Shown here: positions 27,474-37,174 of the stretch, piece after piece
Numbering within the stretch: the stretch's first letter is position 1
Layout: every line of letters begins with the position of its first letter
Origin: Acidobacteriota bacterium
GTDB taxonomy: Bacteria; Acidobacteriota; UBA890; WLXD01
Length of the DNA stretch: 64,000 bases
Assembly (NCBI GenBank): GCA_965205505.1
Contig: CBDBHB010000005.1
Coordinates: forward strand, 1 to 64,000
Direction of reading: 5' to 3'
Position numbers and translations under genes: made by a program
Notes under the pieces: model-generated
Told to the model about the DNA's origin: nothing
What the model saw: only the letters and a program-made list of their open reading frames with translations
Database searches by the model: none

Positions 27474-29561
27474 CTACCGGACGTTGACCGACACCTCGAA
27501 TAGGATGCGGCGACCGATGATGTCGCCATAGACGTGCTGCAGCATTTCGACGCCGGTAAGATTCGTGGCCCTGACCGACGCATCGGCAGTGCCGTCGAGG
27601 AACATGTACCCGAGCGATGCATCGAGCGTCGTGTAGGCATCGGTAAAGCCGAAGAACCGCGAGTCCAGCACGTCGGTCCAGTAGGCCTCGCCGACGTGAT
27701 TGACGGAGGCACCGTAGTACGTGTTGCCGGCCCAACCGCTCCACGCGACGTTGAAGCGATGCTCGGGCGGGATCCCGATATCCTCCGCCGGGACGCCTGT
27801 AACCTCAGGCTCAGCCTGATACGAGTAGTTGACGATCAAGGTGTTTCGCGACACCGGCAGAATCCTGAGACCCACCTCGAAGCCCTTGTTCACGGTCTCG
27901 GCGATGTTGCGGTACGTGAACCGTGCCGGCAGCGCTACGGGCCCGAAAGGCGGCAACAGGAACGTTGGCAGCGACCAGCCCGGGGGCGGGTTGAACGCCG
28001 TATATACCTCGCTGGTGTAGAAGTCGATGTTGTTGATGGTCTGGGTGCGGTAGGCGGCGATGTTCCAGGAGAACTTGCCGTCCGCTATCGAGCCACGGTA
28101 GCCGATCTCGAACTGATCCAGGCGCTCCTCCACCAGGTCGGGGTTGCCGACAACAATCGACGGGAAGACGATCTGCCCGATCGGCGGGCCCACGTCGACG
28201 GCGTTGAAGATCTCGACCTCGAGGTAGTTGTTGACGAGCGAGGGAGCACGGAACCCACGCCCGAACCCGACGCGGATCACGTGGTTCGATGATCGGGTGG
28301 GGTGCAACAACACTGCTCCACGCGGCGACGTCACCGCGCCGTCGATCACGTCGAAGTAGTCGACGCGGACCCCAGCGTGGATCGTCACGTACTCGTTGAC
28401 GTCGACGTTGAAGTTGGTAAATCCGCCCCCCTCTGTGCGACTGTCCTCGTTGGGTGCAATCGACAGATCGAAGCTCTGCTTGCGGAAGTTGCCGCCGTAG
28501 GTGACGGAGTGCTCCCCCAGACTGGACGTGTTGGTGGCAGAGAAGTCGTAGGTCTGGCTCTTGAAGGTAAACGGCAGACCATTCAGCAGGTTGATCGCAT
28601 CGCCGTTGATGATGTTGGCGTAGACACGGAAATTCCAAGCGCGCCAGTTGTAATCGGCTCGCCCATACGAGAACGTTGTGCCGTCGAAGATCGAGAAGGG
28701 GCCGATGCCGGTGTGGATCGTGCCGCCAGTGCCGGCAATACCGGCGGAGAACGACAAGTACGACTCGGCTCCGGTGTCGACGTCGACGCGGGCGTCGAAC
28801 TTCGGCTGCCGGGAGCCCTGGTTCGGGAAGTTGTCGCGCGCAATGCCGTCGGGCAACGGACCCGGCCGATCCCACGGATCCTGGGTAGCATAGGCTCCAG
28901 TAAGCTTGAACGACGTGTTGCCACGAATACCCGAGTAGGTGATCGAGGCGAAGCTGGTGGCGCGCTCGCCGCCGCCCATGCGCACCCGGAAGGCATTACC
29001 GTACTGCCTTGGCGTTTTGGTGATGATGTTCACCACGCCGCTCATCGCGTTGGCACCCCACACCGCCGAGCCGGGCCCACGGACCACTTCGATCTGCTCG
29101 ATCTCGGAGAAATCGAGCGGCAGCATATCCCAGGCCACGAAGCCTAAAAAATCCAGATACACGGTTCGGCCGTCGATCAGCACTAGCTGTGACGCATCGA
29201 GCGTATTGGTGGACGAGCGCGACGACATGCTGACGTCGCGCGCGCTGGTTTGGATCACGTTGAGGCCGGGCACGCCGCGCACCAGATCGGCGTAATTCTG
29301 CGCCGGGCTCAGCGCGATGGCGTCGGCGCCGATGACGGTTATGGCCGTGGGCGCTTCGAGCAGTAGCTCCTCGGTGCCTGACGCCGTGACGACAACGACC
29401 TCGTCGATGCGCGGCGGTTGTCGCTCCTGCTCCTGCTGCTCCTGCTGCTCGGCCGGATCCTGCTTCGGCGCCGCAAGCGCCGTCTCCGTGGCCACCGGCA
29501 TCAGCACTAACGCAAGCAACAACAACGTTACCAGCGGACGCAGCGTCGGCAAGGTCGTCAA
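27474..29561 (-). CDS. TonB-dependent receptor
   Basis: RBS GAGGAGG before TTG 29561; TonB box EVVVVTAS; plug LVLIDGR and IEQIEVVRGPGSAVWGANA; barrel GFRAPS, NPDL-x2-E. Confidence 0.88.
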   Translation of the reverse strand: MTTLPTLRPLVTLLLLALVLMPVATETALAAPKQDPAEQQEQQEQERQPPRIDEVVVVTASGTEELLLEAPTAITVIGADAIALSPAQNYADLVRGVPGLNVIQTSARDVSMSSRSSTNTLDASQLVLIDGRTVYLDFLGFVAWDMLPLDFSEIEQIEVVRGPGSAVWGANAMSGVVNIITKTPRQYGNAFRVRMGGGERATSFASITYSGIRGNTSFKLTGAYATQDPWDRPGPLPDGIARDNFPNQGSRQPKFDARVDVDTGAESYLSFSAGIAGTGGTIHTGIGPFSIFDGTTFSYGRADYNWRAWNFRVYANIINGDAINLLNGLPFTFKSQTYDFSATNTSSLGEHSVTYGGNFRKQSFDLSIAPNEDSRTEGGGFTNFNVDVNEYVTIHAGVRVDYFDVIDGAVTSPRGAVLLHPTRSSNHVIRVGFGRGFRAPSLVNNYLEVEIFNAVDVGPPIGQIVFPSIVVGNPDLVEERLDQFEIGYRGSIADGKFSWNIAAYRTQTINNIDFYTSEVYTAFNPPPGWSLPTFLLPPFGPVALPARFTYRNIAETVNKGFEVGLRILPVSRNTLIVNYSYQAEPEVTGVPAEDIGIPPEHRFNVAWSGWAGNTYYGASVNHVGEAYWTDVLDSRFFGFTDAYTTLDASLGYMFLDGTADASVRATNLTGVEMLQHVYGDIIGRRILFEVSVNVR

Positions 29562-29658
29562 TTGAAGCCTCCTCACAGGAGCGGGGATACAGCGCGCAAA
29601 ACCACGGACCACACGACCACGTTCAACGTTACCCAGCGACCGGTTGACAAGGAAGTTG

Positions 29659-30189
29659 TCAGCTGGACTCGAGCACATCGATCACCGCTCGCAGCAAGCT
29701 GCCAAAGGTGTCGATATCCTCCTGCGAGACTTCCTCGGCACGGGTAAAGACTCCGCCGACATCCTTGTAGACCATGTCGTTCACCTCGGTGCCGGAATCG
29801 GTGACAAAGGCATTGCCCAGGCCGTTCCAACCGTAGTCGGTCACGCGTAACGTCATGATCGCGTTGGTGTTGAATGCTCGCTCTGCTGCGGCCATGTCCC
29901 CGGAGTTGAGCTGCTCGTAGAACTCATCGATCGCGTTGCCGCGAATCGAGCCGCGTGACAAGAACAGATACAGCGACACGGAAGTATCGACGACAATGAT
30001 CGTGCTTCGCGATCCTGGGGCTGGCATGACGAAGACTGTTCCGCCCGTGGCTCCGACCAATTCTCGAACGCGTTCGACCAGCACCTGCTGATCTTCCTGG
30101 GCATCCGCGGTTGCGCCGGGGCCAAGCCCCACGGCGGCCAACCCGGCGACGGCGACAACGGTGCGCCACAAGCGTGATTCAAACCTCAA
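29659..30189 (-). CDS. Secreted hypothetical protein
   Basis: Signal peptide ending ADA-Q; coding-like codon usage; start inferred at TTG 30189. Confidence 0.55.
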   Translation of the reverse strand: MRFESRLWRTVVAVAGLAAVGLGPGATADAQEDQQVLVERVRELVGATGGTVFVMPAPGSRSTIIVVDTSVSLYLFLSRGSIRGNAIDEFYEQLNSGDMAAAERAFNTNAIMTLRVTDYGWNGLGNAFVTDSGTEVNDMVYKDVGGVFTRAEEVSQEDIDTFGSLLRAVIDVLESS

Positions 30190-30220
30190 GGTACCTGCTC
30201 TCCCGGGGGGTCCCCCATAG

Positions 30221-30260
30221 CAGGCCGTGATGGAAATGTGGCGGACCTGGTTACGGCCTG
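30221..30260. mobile_element. 40-bp minimal derivative of the MITE
   Basis: CAGGCCGT...ACGGCCTG flanked by ATAG and CTAG; the interior resembles the first 36 bp of copy A. Confidence 0.6.
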
Positions 30261-30522
30261 CTAGGTCGATACACGGTAGCAAAGCCGAGTAGGCTGCTCA
30301 ATAGAGTCGCCGTTAGTACCGTCCATGGTCGCCGGTGCGGGATCGGTCCGAGCGATTCCGACTAGTGGTCTGTAACAGATGATCGTTGCATATTGCTGGG
30401 CCGAGATTGCCCCCGTATCGGCCCAGCCTTCCGGGTGGCGGCGGGGCCGGCCGCCTCCGGCGCCACTATTTGTGGGGCGCAGCACTAGAATAAGCATACC
30501 TGCCGCTAACGACAGAGCCGAC

Positions 30523-31911
30523 ATGACCGAACCAAACGACATCCCTGAGTTCGTCGCAGCGCGGCGCGAGGAGTGGCTCGCGGAGCTCAGCGAATTTCTG
30601 CGTATCCCGAGCGTGTCCACGGACCGCGAGCACGATGGCGACGTTCGTGCCGCCGCCGACTGGCTCGCGGTGCGCCTTACCAATGCCGGAGCAACTGAGG
30701 TAGAAGTCTGGGACACCGCCGGCCACCCGGTAGTGTACGGAGCTTGGCGCGGCGCCGTAGGAGCTCCCACTGTACTGGTATACGGCCACTACGACGTACA
30801 GCCGGCCGACCCCGCCGAGGAGTGGACTAGCCCACCGTTCGAGCCCATCGTACGCGGCAACAAGATCGTCGGCCGCGGCACCGCCGACGACAAGGGCCAG
30901 CTCTATGTCCACATCAAGTCGCTGCAGGCCTGGCTCGAGACCCGCGGAACCTGCCCGGTGAACATCGTCTATTTGATCGAGGGTGAAGAGGAGGTCGGAT
31001 CACCGAACGTCGACACGGTGGTGCGAGAACGCCTCGAGCAGCTCCGCTGCGACGCCGTCATGGTCTCGGATACGACGATGTTCGCCCCCGGCCTCCCCAC
31101 CCTCTGCAATGGACTGCGCGGGGTCGCCTATCTACAAATCGACCTCCGCGGCCCGAATCGTGATCTGCACTCGGGCATGTTCGGCGGAGCGGTCATCAAT
31201 CCCGCCGAGACTCTGGCGCAGATGCTAGCCGCCTGCCGCGACGAGCGCGGTCGCGTGACCATACCCGGCTTCTATGACGATGTCGCCGAGGTGCCGGCCG
31301 ACGAGCGCAAAGATTGGGCAAAACTACCCTTCGACAACGACGCCTACGTCTCCGAGTTGGAAGTCGACGCGTTGCTCGACACCGGTGGGTTCAGCATCCT
31401 GGAGTCGTTGTGGGCGCGGCCGACCTTCGACGTCAATGGCCTGCTATCGGGGTTCACCGGTGAAGGCAGCAAGACGGTACTCCCAGCGACCGCCATGGCC
31501 AAGGTGTCGATGCGGCTGGTCGCCGACCAGGATCCCGACAAGATCGCCGATGCGTTCGAGGCGTACATGCGCGAGATCGTCCCTCCGGGCGTGACGATAC
31601 GGATCACGCGCATGCACGGTGGTAAGCCCTGGTCGGCGCCGCGCGAGCATCCGATCCTGCAAGCCGCAGCACGGGCGCTTCAGCGCGGGTTCGGAGCCGA
31701 GACCGTGTTCGTGCGGGAGGGCGGGTCGATTCCCCTGATCTCGACACTCGAGGAGCTCTTTCAGGTGCCCACCGTCATGATGGGACTCGGGCTGCCGGAC
31801 GAGAACGCACATGGTCCCGATGAGAACCTCGATTTGGACAATTTCTTCTCCGGGATCATCAGCTCGGCGTTTTTTTTCGAGGAGCTCGCCAGGTGTGAGC
31901 TTGACGGGTAG
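30523..31911 (+). CDS. M20 family dipeptidase
   Basis: YGHYDVQP, GRGTADDKGQ, EGEEEVGS, DLHSG, GGSIP, NAHGPDEN. Confidence 0.9.
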   Translation: MTEPNDIPEFVAARREEWLAELSEFLRIPSVSTDREHDGDVRAAADWLAVRLTNAGATEVEVWDTAGHPVVYGAWRGAVGAPTVLVYGHYDVQPADPAEEWTSPPFEPIVRGNKIVGRGTADDKGQLYVHIKSLQAWLETRGTCPVNIVYLIEGEEEVGSPNVDTVVRERLEQLRCDAVMVSDTTMFAPGLPTLCNGLRGVAYLQIDLRGPNRDLHSGMFGGAVINPAETLAQMLAACRDERGRVTIPGFYDDVAEVPADERKDWAKLPFDNDAYVSELEVDALLDTGGFSILESLWARPTFDVNGLLSGFTGEGSKTVLPATAMAKVSMRLVADQDPDKIADAFEAYMREIVPPGVTIRITRMHGGKPWSAPREHPILQAAARALQRGFGAETVFVREGGSIPLISTLEELFQVPTVMMGLGLPDENAHGPDENLDLDNFFSGIISSAFFFEELARCELDG

Positions 31912-31920
31912 GCGGCTCAG

Positions 31921-32280
31921 ATGAAACGCAAGGACTTCCTGCAGCGCATGCGCAACCGTCGTCGACGTGACGAGCTCGAGCTGCGAGAGCCCGTGCGGCG
32001 ACGGGCGATCGACTGGCGGACGCTCCGCGTCGAGCTGCCGGACGACGACGATTCCGGCGATCAACAAGCCCTGTCAATCGGCACCCTCGAGCTGCTCCCG
32101 GCTGGCATCCGGCTACGTCCGACCGAGGCGTGCTGGGTTCGCGGCTACCGCGTGTGGCGTGACGACGAGGGCCAGGGACGGGCCGAATTCCAGTACCGCC
32201 CGGTGGCCGCCGACAGTGAGCCACCGCCCGGCGCCAAGGCGTTGGGCGCCGACGAGGAGTGGGCGCCCGAGCCGCGCTAG
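31921..32280 (+). CDS. Hypothetical protein
   Basis: ATG 10 bp after the M20 stop, coding-like codon bias; no motif recognised. Confidence 0.5.
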   Translation: MKRKDFLQRMRNRRRRDELELREPVRRRAIDWRTLRVELPDDDDSGDQQALSIGTLELLPAGIRLRPTEACWVRGYRVWRDDEGQGRAEFQYRPVAADSEPPPGAKALGADEEWAPEPR

Positions 32281-32326
32281 CCAGTCGCGAGGGCTTCCAG
32301 GCGGGCACGTCGGCACGAGATAGGCT

Positions 32327-33040
32327 CTACGGCTTGCGATACAACCGCATGTGGAAGCGACGTGTCCACCGCTCCTGCGCGGCTGCGTCGACGAAGTCGA
32401 AACGGCTCGCCGCCGCCAGGCCCAGGCCTGTACCAAAGACCGCGTCGAGCTCCCTCCCCCGGAACAACTGGTTGCGAATGCCGGTGTTAGGATCCTCGAC
32501 TACACCCGTCCGCGGCCACGGTGAGGCGTCGAGAAACCGCCGATAGTAGCCATCATCGAGATCAAAGGTCACCACCGCGAACAGCCCGCCTGGCCGGAGC
32601 ACGCGTGCGACCTCGGCGCCGTAGCTGCGCTGTGCCTCCGGTTGCACGAGGTTGTCGATGGCGGTGATATCGAGCACCGTACCCACCGACTCGTCGGCCA
32701 GCGGCAAGGGCTCTCGCAGGTCGTGGCGTATCGAGACAATGCGATCGGCTACGGCCTCGGCGCGGGCGCGGGCGCGGAACTGCGACAGCGCCGCCACGGC
32801 ATGATCGAGACCGATGACGCGATATCCGGCCCGTGCTAGCGGGATCGCGTTGCGACCTCTTCCGCAGGCACACTCGAGCACCGGCCCCGAGACCCCCCCG
32901 CTGGCCGCGGCGAATCCGAGCAGGAACTCGACCCCCCGGTCGAGCTCGTCCCGATACGAGGTGGTATAGGCGCGAACTTCGACGTACTCGCGCTCCCAGG
33001 CCGAGCGCGCGTCACCCGGCTCAGGCGTTGAGGAAGACAC
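32327..33040 (-). CDS. Class I SAM-dependent methyltransferase
   Basis: VLECACGRGRN, VIGLD, LPLADESV, RVLRPGG. Confidence 0.8.
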   Translation of the reverse strand: MSSSTPEPGDARSAWEREYVEVRAYTTSYRDELDRGVEFLLGFAAASGGVSGPVLECACGRGRNAIPLARAGYRVIGLDHAVAALSQFRARARAEAVADRIVSIRHDLREPLPLADESVGTVLDITAIDNLVQPEAQRSYGAEVARVLRPGGLFAVVTFDLDDGYYRRFLDASPWPRTGVVEDPNTGIRNQLFRGRELDAVFGTGLGLAAASRFDFVDAAAQERWTRRFHMRLYRKP

Positions 33041-34040
33041 CGCTGGGATCCTGATCCGGTGCCAGGTTCCCTGCGGGTCGGCTGTAGTGAAACGTCGCCG
33101 CAAGAGCATCGCGGTCGCTCGGAGCGGCACGACCGGCGGGATTCAGGATCGATTCCGTCGAGGGCGAGACGACATAGCCGCCGAGCGAGTGCGCGAACAT
33201 CCGGTTGAAGAACTCGATTGTGGAGCCCACGCCGCAGGCGACGATCACCTTGCTGATATCGGAACCGTTGCTCACCGAGCCAATGTGCTCACTGCTGAAA
33301 CGCATGTCCGCCCGCTGGACGATCACGAGCCGGCCGCGCGGTACCCGCGACAGGCTCGTCGGGGCCGAGCCCGAGCGTACTTCGATTTGCGGCAGCCCCA
33401 GTCGATTGCCGGTCAGCGTACCGAACAGCGCCAGGATCGAGCCTCGCATGGCATCGATGCGAGCCTCGGTGACGATCTCCTTGTCGGAGCCGACAAGCCC
33501 GCGATAGATCTGCACCACCGGGGTCGTGGTCCAGCGGTTGGTCGCCCCGGGCGTGCGCGGCGCGACGCCCTCCTTGTCCGGACCGGCGCCGCGCGCGTAC
33601 TGGTTGATGAAGTTCATTGGTAACCCGGCACCTTCCTCCAGCAAGGTCGGGTTAACGGCGACGTTCCCCCGCACGCGCAGACGCCCTACGCGCTTGTGGT
33701 GCCCCGTGCCCTTGAGCTCGACATCGTAGTCGCCAGTCTCCTCCACACGGATCTCGAAGTTACCTCGAGCATCGGCCTGGATGGGCTTGAATCCGGCGAG
33801 CTTGACAACGCCGTCGACAACCACGTCACCGTTCAGTAGGCCGGTCAGCTGCCCGCTAATGGTGCCACCCTGCTGCAGTATCTGTGGGCTGGTGCTCAGG
33901 TCGACCAGGTCGTCCGCAGGCCGCTGCTTGCAGCCCACCAGGCCGAGCCCGACGGCCCCGGCCCCCATCATCCCTGCGCGCCGCATCAAGTCACGGCGGG
34001 TCATTGCCTCCTGCCTACGCCGGAGGTCATCGTTCGTCAT
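33021..34040 (-). CDS. Tat lipoprotein with carboxypeptidase-regulatory-like domain and degenerate metzincin-like domain
   Basis: TRRDLM twin-Arg, LVGC lipobox, DARGNFEI; RMFAHSLG at the HExxHxxG position. Confidence 0.6.
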   Translation of the reverse strand: MTNDDLRRRQEAMTRRDLMRRAGMMGAGAVGLGLVGCKQRPADDLVDLSTSPQILQQGGTISGQLTGLLNGDVVVDGVVKLAGFKPIQADARGNFEIRVEETGDYDVELKGTGHHKRVGRLRVRGNVAVNPTLLEEGAGLPMNFINQYARGAGPDKEGVAPRTPGATNRWTTTPVVQIYRGLVGSDKEIVTEARIDAMRGSILALFGTLTGNRLGLPQIEVRSGSAPTSLSRVPRGRLVIVQRADMRFSSEHIGSVSNGSDISKVIVACGVGSTIEFFNRMFAHSLGGYVVSPSTESILNPAGRAAPSDRDALAATFHYSRPAGNLAPDQDPSGVFLNA

Positions 34041-34426
34041 TCGATCGGTGGGGGGTTGGACATTGCCTTACGGATCCGATGACCCCTCTTGGGGAGTCTG
34101 AGCTCGGAATTACGAACACGGCCGAACCCCTCGTTGTACAGGGGCTTGTAGCGACGAATCTCGTCCTCGGCCGCCGCTTCTGCGGCGGCTGCACCGTCGG
34201 CCAGCGAGTACTCGAGCCGCGAGATTCCGGCAACGGGGGCAGCCCCGCAAACCTCGCGCACGGCCTCACGCAACCCCTGTTCTCCCGCGTGTCCGACATA
34301 CATCACTCGCTGTCCGGAGGAGCGCAGACGGAAGACTGCCGCCGTCTCCGGGAGACCATCGATAACGCCCGGAGTGAGCTCGAGTAGGCCAGAGTCGAGG
34401 GGAGATTCACTGGAAGGATAGCTCAC
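34037..34426 (-). CDS. Stand-alone GIY-YIG (UvrC N-terminal-like) domain, apparently inactive
   Basis: LPETAAVF...VMYVGHA..LREAV...I-x4-PLYN follows UvrC spacing. Confidence 0.6.
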   Translation of the reverse strand: MSYPSSESPLDSGLLELTPGVIDGLPETAAVFRLRSSGQRVMYVGHAGEQGLREAVREVCGAAPVAGISRLEYSLADGAAAAEAAAEDEIRRYKPLYNEGFGRVRNSELRLPKRGHRIRKAMSNPPPIE

Positions 34427-34719
34427 GGACCAGGACTCCTCACACTCGGGGAAACGCGGGGAACGTATGCAGCTTGGTTGGAACCGAGCCGCTGCACAAG
34501 TGTTTTACCTCGACGGCCAGGAGCGGGCAAGAAGCCGGCCCCGCGCGTCGGTGGCTTCGAGCCGATGCACAGGACACAGGCGAATCCAGTTGCCGTGGTT
34601 TCCCTACAGATGCGACCATTAACGATGGTTCCAGGCTGTGGCCTGGTGTGCTCGCCCCAATCAGGATACTCTCGGTGCCGCTCTCGCGCTCCTCCAACCG
34701 CCAAGTACGTCGCCTACCC

Positions 34720-35640
34720 ATGCTGGTGGCGATAGCCTTGCTACCGGCTTCTCTCGCGCTGGCCGTGCTCGAGGCCGACAACGAGCCCCGGAGCCTGGTA
34801 CGCGGAGGCGGCTTCGAACGCGAGTCGGTGAGCCTACGGCTACCGTCCGTGAGCCCGTTCCCATTGGTTGCGGGAGGCTGGGGCTCCCGCGCCGTAGAGG
34901 CACGTCACGTTCTGTCGACAACGCGCGACACCTATCGCGGCAACCGGGCGCTGCAGATCATCAGCCCGGCCGCAACGCCCGCGTATGTGATCCAAGACGT
35001 GCCGGTGGCGAGCCGCGGCTTCGTGTTCGAGATCGCGGTACGGCTCATGCGCGGTCAGCAATCCATCGCTTTTCTCAGCGCGTGGGACCGCATGGACCCA
35101 GCAGCGGCCGCCGCGTTGCGCATCGACTTGCAGGCCGACGGTCTGCGTATCCGCAGCGACAAGGGCGACTGGCACGTTGACGCCTTGATCTCGACAGACC
35201 GGTGGCACCACCTATTTTTCATCTCCGATCCGCGCAGCGATCAGCTCACGATTACCGTCGACGGCACCCTGCTGGCTTCGCTGCCCGCGGTACCGACGTC
35301 CGCCCCGCAGACGCTGGTCATTGGCGGCAACCCGACGCGCGGCGTTAGCCGGGTACGGTACGACGAGGTGCGATTGCTGCGGCTGGCCGAGGTCGAGCTT
35401 GCGGAGCTGCGGAGATCCGCTCTCCGGAGCGTGCCCGAAACGCAAGTAGGCTACGTGATGAAACGTCTGGACGATGCGGCCTGGGCACTGTCGTCGGGAG
35501 CCGACGGCTTCGCCGCACCAGAGTTACGTGCGGCGGCCCGGATGCTGACTCGGCTGGGATCAGACGACGACCCCGGCCTTCGATCGGTCCGCGCGGCGAC
35601 CGAGGCGCTCATCGATCTCGTCTCGGGTAGTGGCCTCTAG
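34720..35640 (+). CDS. Secreted hypothetical protein, LamG/ConA-like beta domain plus helical tail (start uncertain)
   Basis: Hydrophobic leader; DRWHHL...ITVDG...LVIGG...YDEVRL pattern. Confidence 0.5.
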   Translation: MLVAIALLPASLALAVLEADNEPRSLVRGGGFERESVSLRLPSVSPFPLVAGGWGSRAVEARHVLSTTRDTYRGNRALQIISPAATPAYVIQDVPVASRGFVFEIAVRLMRGQQSIAFLSAWDRMDPAAAAALRIDLQADGLRIRSDKGDWHVDALISTDRWHHLFFISDPRSDQLTITVDGTLLASLPAVPTSAPQTLVIGGNPTRGVSRVRYDEVRLLRLAEVELAELRRSALRSVPETQVGYVMKRLDDAAWALSSGADGFAAPELRAAARMLTRLGSDDDPGLRSVRAATEALIDLVSGSGL

Positions 35641-36851
35641 TTAATCGACACTTCGCGACCACCCTTCAACTCCATCACCGCATCGAGCACATTCTGCGCC
35701 ACGGCTCGGAAGATCTTGGTCACTTCGCCGTCGGGATGCTCGACAACGTAGGGTATGCCTGCATCGCCCGCAATGGCGATCTGCGGATCGAGCGGCAGCG
35801 CGCCCAGGAACGGCACTCCGAGCTCGTCTGCCGTTCGCCGCCCGCCATCGGTGCTGAAAACGTGCGTGCGATGCCCGCACTCCGGACACGTGAAGACCGA
35901 CATGTTTTCCACCAGGCCGAGCAACGGCACATCGACTTCCTGGAACATGCGGAGCCCTTTACGGGCGTCGATCAACGCTACATCCTGCGGCGTGGTAACG
36001 ATCACCGCGCCATCGAGCGGCGCCGATTGAGTCAACGTGAGTTGCGCATCGCCGGTGCCTGGAGGTAGGTCGATCACCAGCACCTCAACGCCGCGCCAGT
36101 CGACGTCGCGGAGGAACTGACGTACCGCCTTCATCACCATCGGCCCGCGCCAGATCACCGGATCGTCTTCGGGCTGCAGGAAACCGAGCGACATGAGCTT
36201 CATCCCGAACTTGTCGAGCGGCACCAGCACCCGCTTGCCGTCGAGATCGATGATCTTCGGCTGCTCGTGGGTACCGAGCATGGTGGGTACCGACGGACCG
36301 TAAATATCTGCATCCATCAGACCGACGTGCTGGCCGAGCTGCGCCAGGGCGGCCGCGAGATTCACCGCCACGGTTGACTTTCCCACGCCTCCCTTTCCCG
36401 AGGCCACCGCCACCACGTGCTTCACCCCACCGATCGGGGTGCGGTCGTACAGCGCCGCCGGTCGGCCAGGGGCTGGGGGCCCGGTACCAGGCGCCGGCGG
36501 TCTGCCGGTCGCAGGACCTGCCGGTGCGCCGGCCGCACCGCCGAGGCCGGGGCTGGCTGCACCGCCAGGTGACCGGCCAGGCTGCGGCGCCGAAACGCCC
36601 TTCGACTCGGGAGCCGCGATCTCGAGGCTGACGCTGTCGACCCCGTCGAGCGCCATCACCGCGTCGTGCGATGCGCGTGCGATCTGCTGCTGATGTTCCG
36701 GCGAGCCGATTGGGATATTGAGACGGACAGTCACCCCGCCACCGTCGATTCGCACTGCCTCGACAAAGCCGAACGACACGATGTCGCGCGACAGGCCCGG
36801 GAACTGCACGGTGGTCAGAGCTTCTCGAATACGTTCTTCGCTGAGAGCCAA
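35637..36851 (-). CDS. mrp: Mrp/NBP35 (ApbC) Fe-S carrier ATPase with N-terminal DUF59-like domain and Pro/Gly linker
   Basis: SGKGGVGKST, DADIYGPS, VIWRGPM, DLPPGTGD, VTTPQ, ENMS-x3-CPEC. Confidence 0.92.
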   Translation of the reverse strand: MALSEERIREALTTVQFPGLSRDIVSFGFVEAVRIDGGGVTVRLNIPIGSPEHQQQIARASHDAVMALDGVDSVSLEIAAPESKGVSAPQPGRSPGGAASPGLGGAAGAPAGPATGRPPAPGTGPPAPGRPAALYDRTPIGGVKHVVAVASGKGGVGKSTVAVNLAAALAQLGQHVGLMDADIYGPSVPTMLGTHEQPKIIDLDGKRVLVPLDKFGMKLMSLGFLQPEDDPVIWRGPMVMKAVRQFLRDVDWRGVEVLVIDLPPGTGDAQLTLTQSAPLDGAVIVTTPQDVALIDARKGLRMFQEVDVPLLGLVENMSVFTCPECGHRTHVFSTDGGRRTADELGVPFLGALPLDPQIAIAGDAGIPYVVEHPDGEVTKIFRAVAQNVLDAVMELKGGREVSIN

Positions 36852-37174
36852 TTTGCGAGACTCCTCGTCCATCCGTTTCAATGTCAACCTGTCCTGCGTC
36901 CCACAGATCGACGCTCTTTCGACGAGCGCGCGGAACGTTCTAACGAAGATAGCGCGATTGCCCGGTTCCGGCACCCCACCGGCCTCGACGATTCAAGGCA
37001 AGAAAAGTAGCCGACGACCCATTGTTCCCCCCCTCGAGAGCGTTTATCCTCCCCCGACTCTACGCACTGTGAAGCGTTAAGAAGCACCTTTCTTCCAAGC
37101 TGGGGTGGCTCTTGGACCACGATCTTCAGGGCCTGGCGCGCTCCGCGCGGCCGGAAACTCCGGGAGGCTTGTAG

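Noticed and set aside
29562-29660. Cobalamin or TPP riboswitch before the TonB receptor
   Set aside because: The leader is about 100 bp with no recognisable conserved boxes.
34430-34720. Several small hairpins as an ncRNA (also 36860-37170)
   Set aside because: Expected by chance at this GC content; no family signature.
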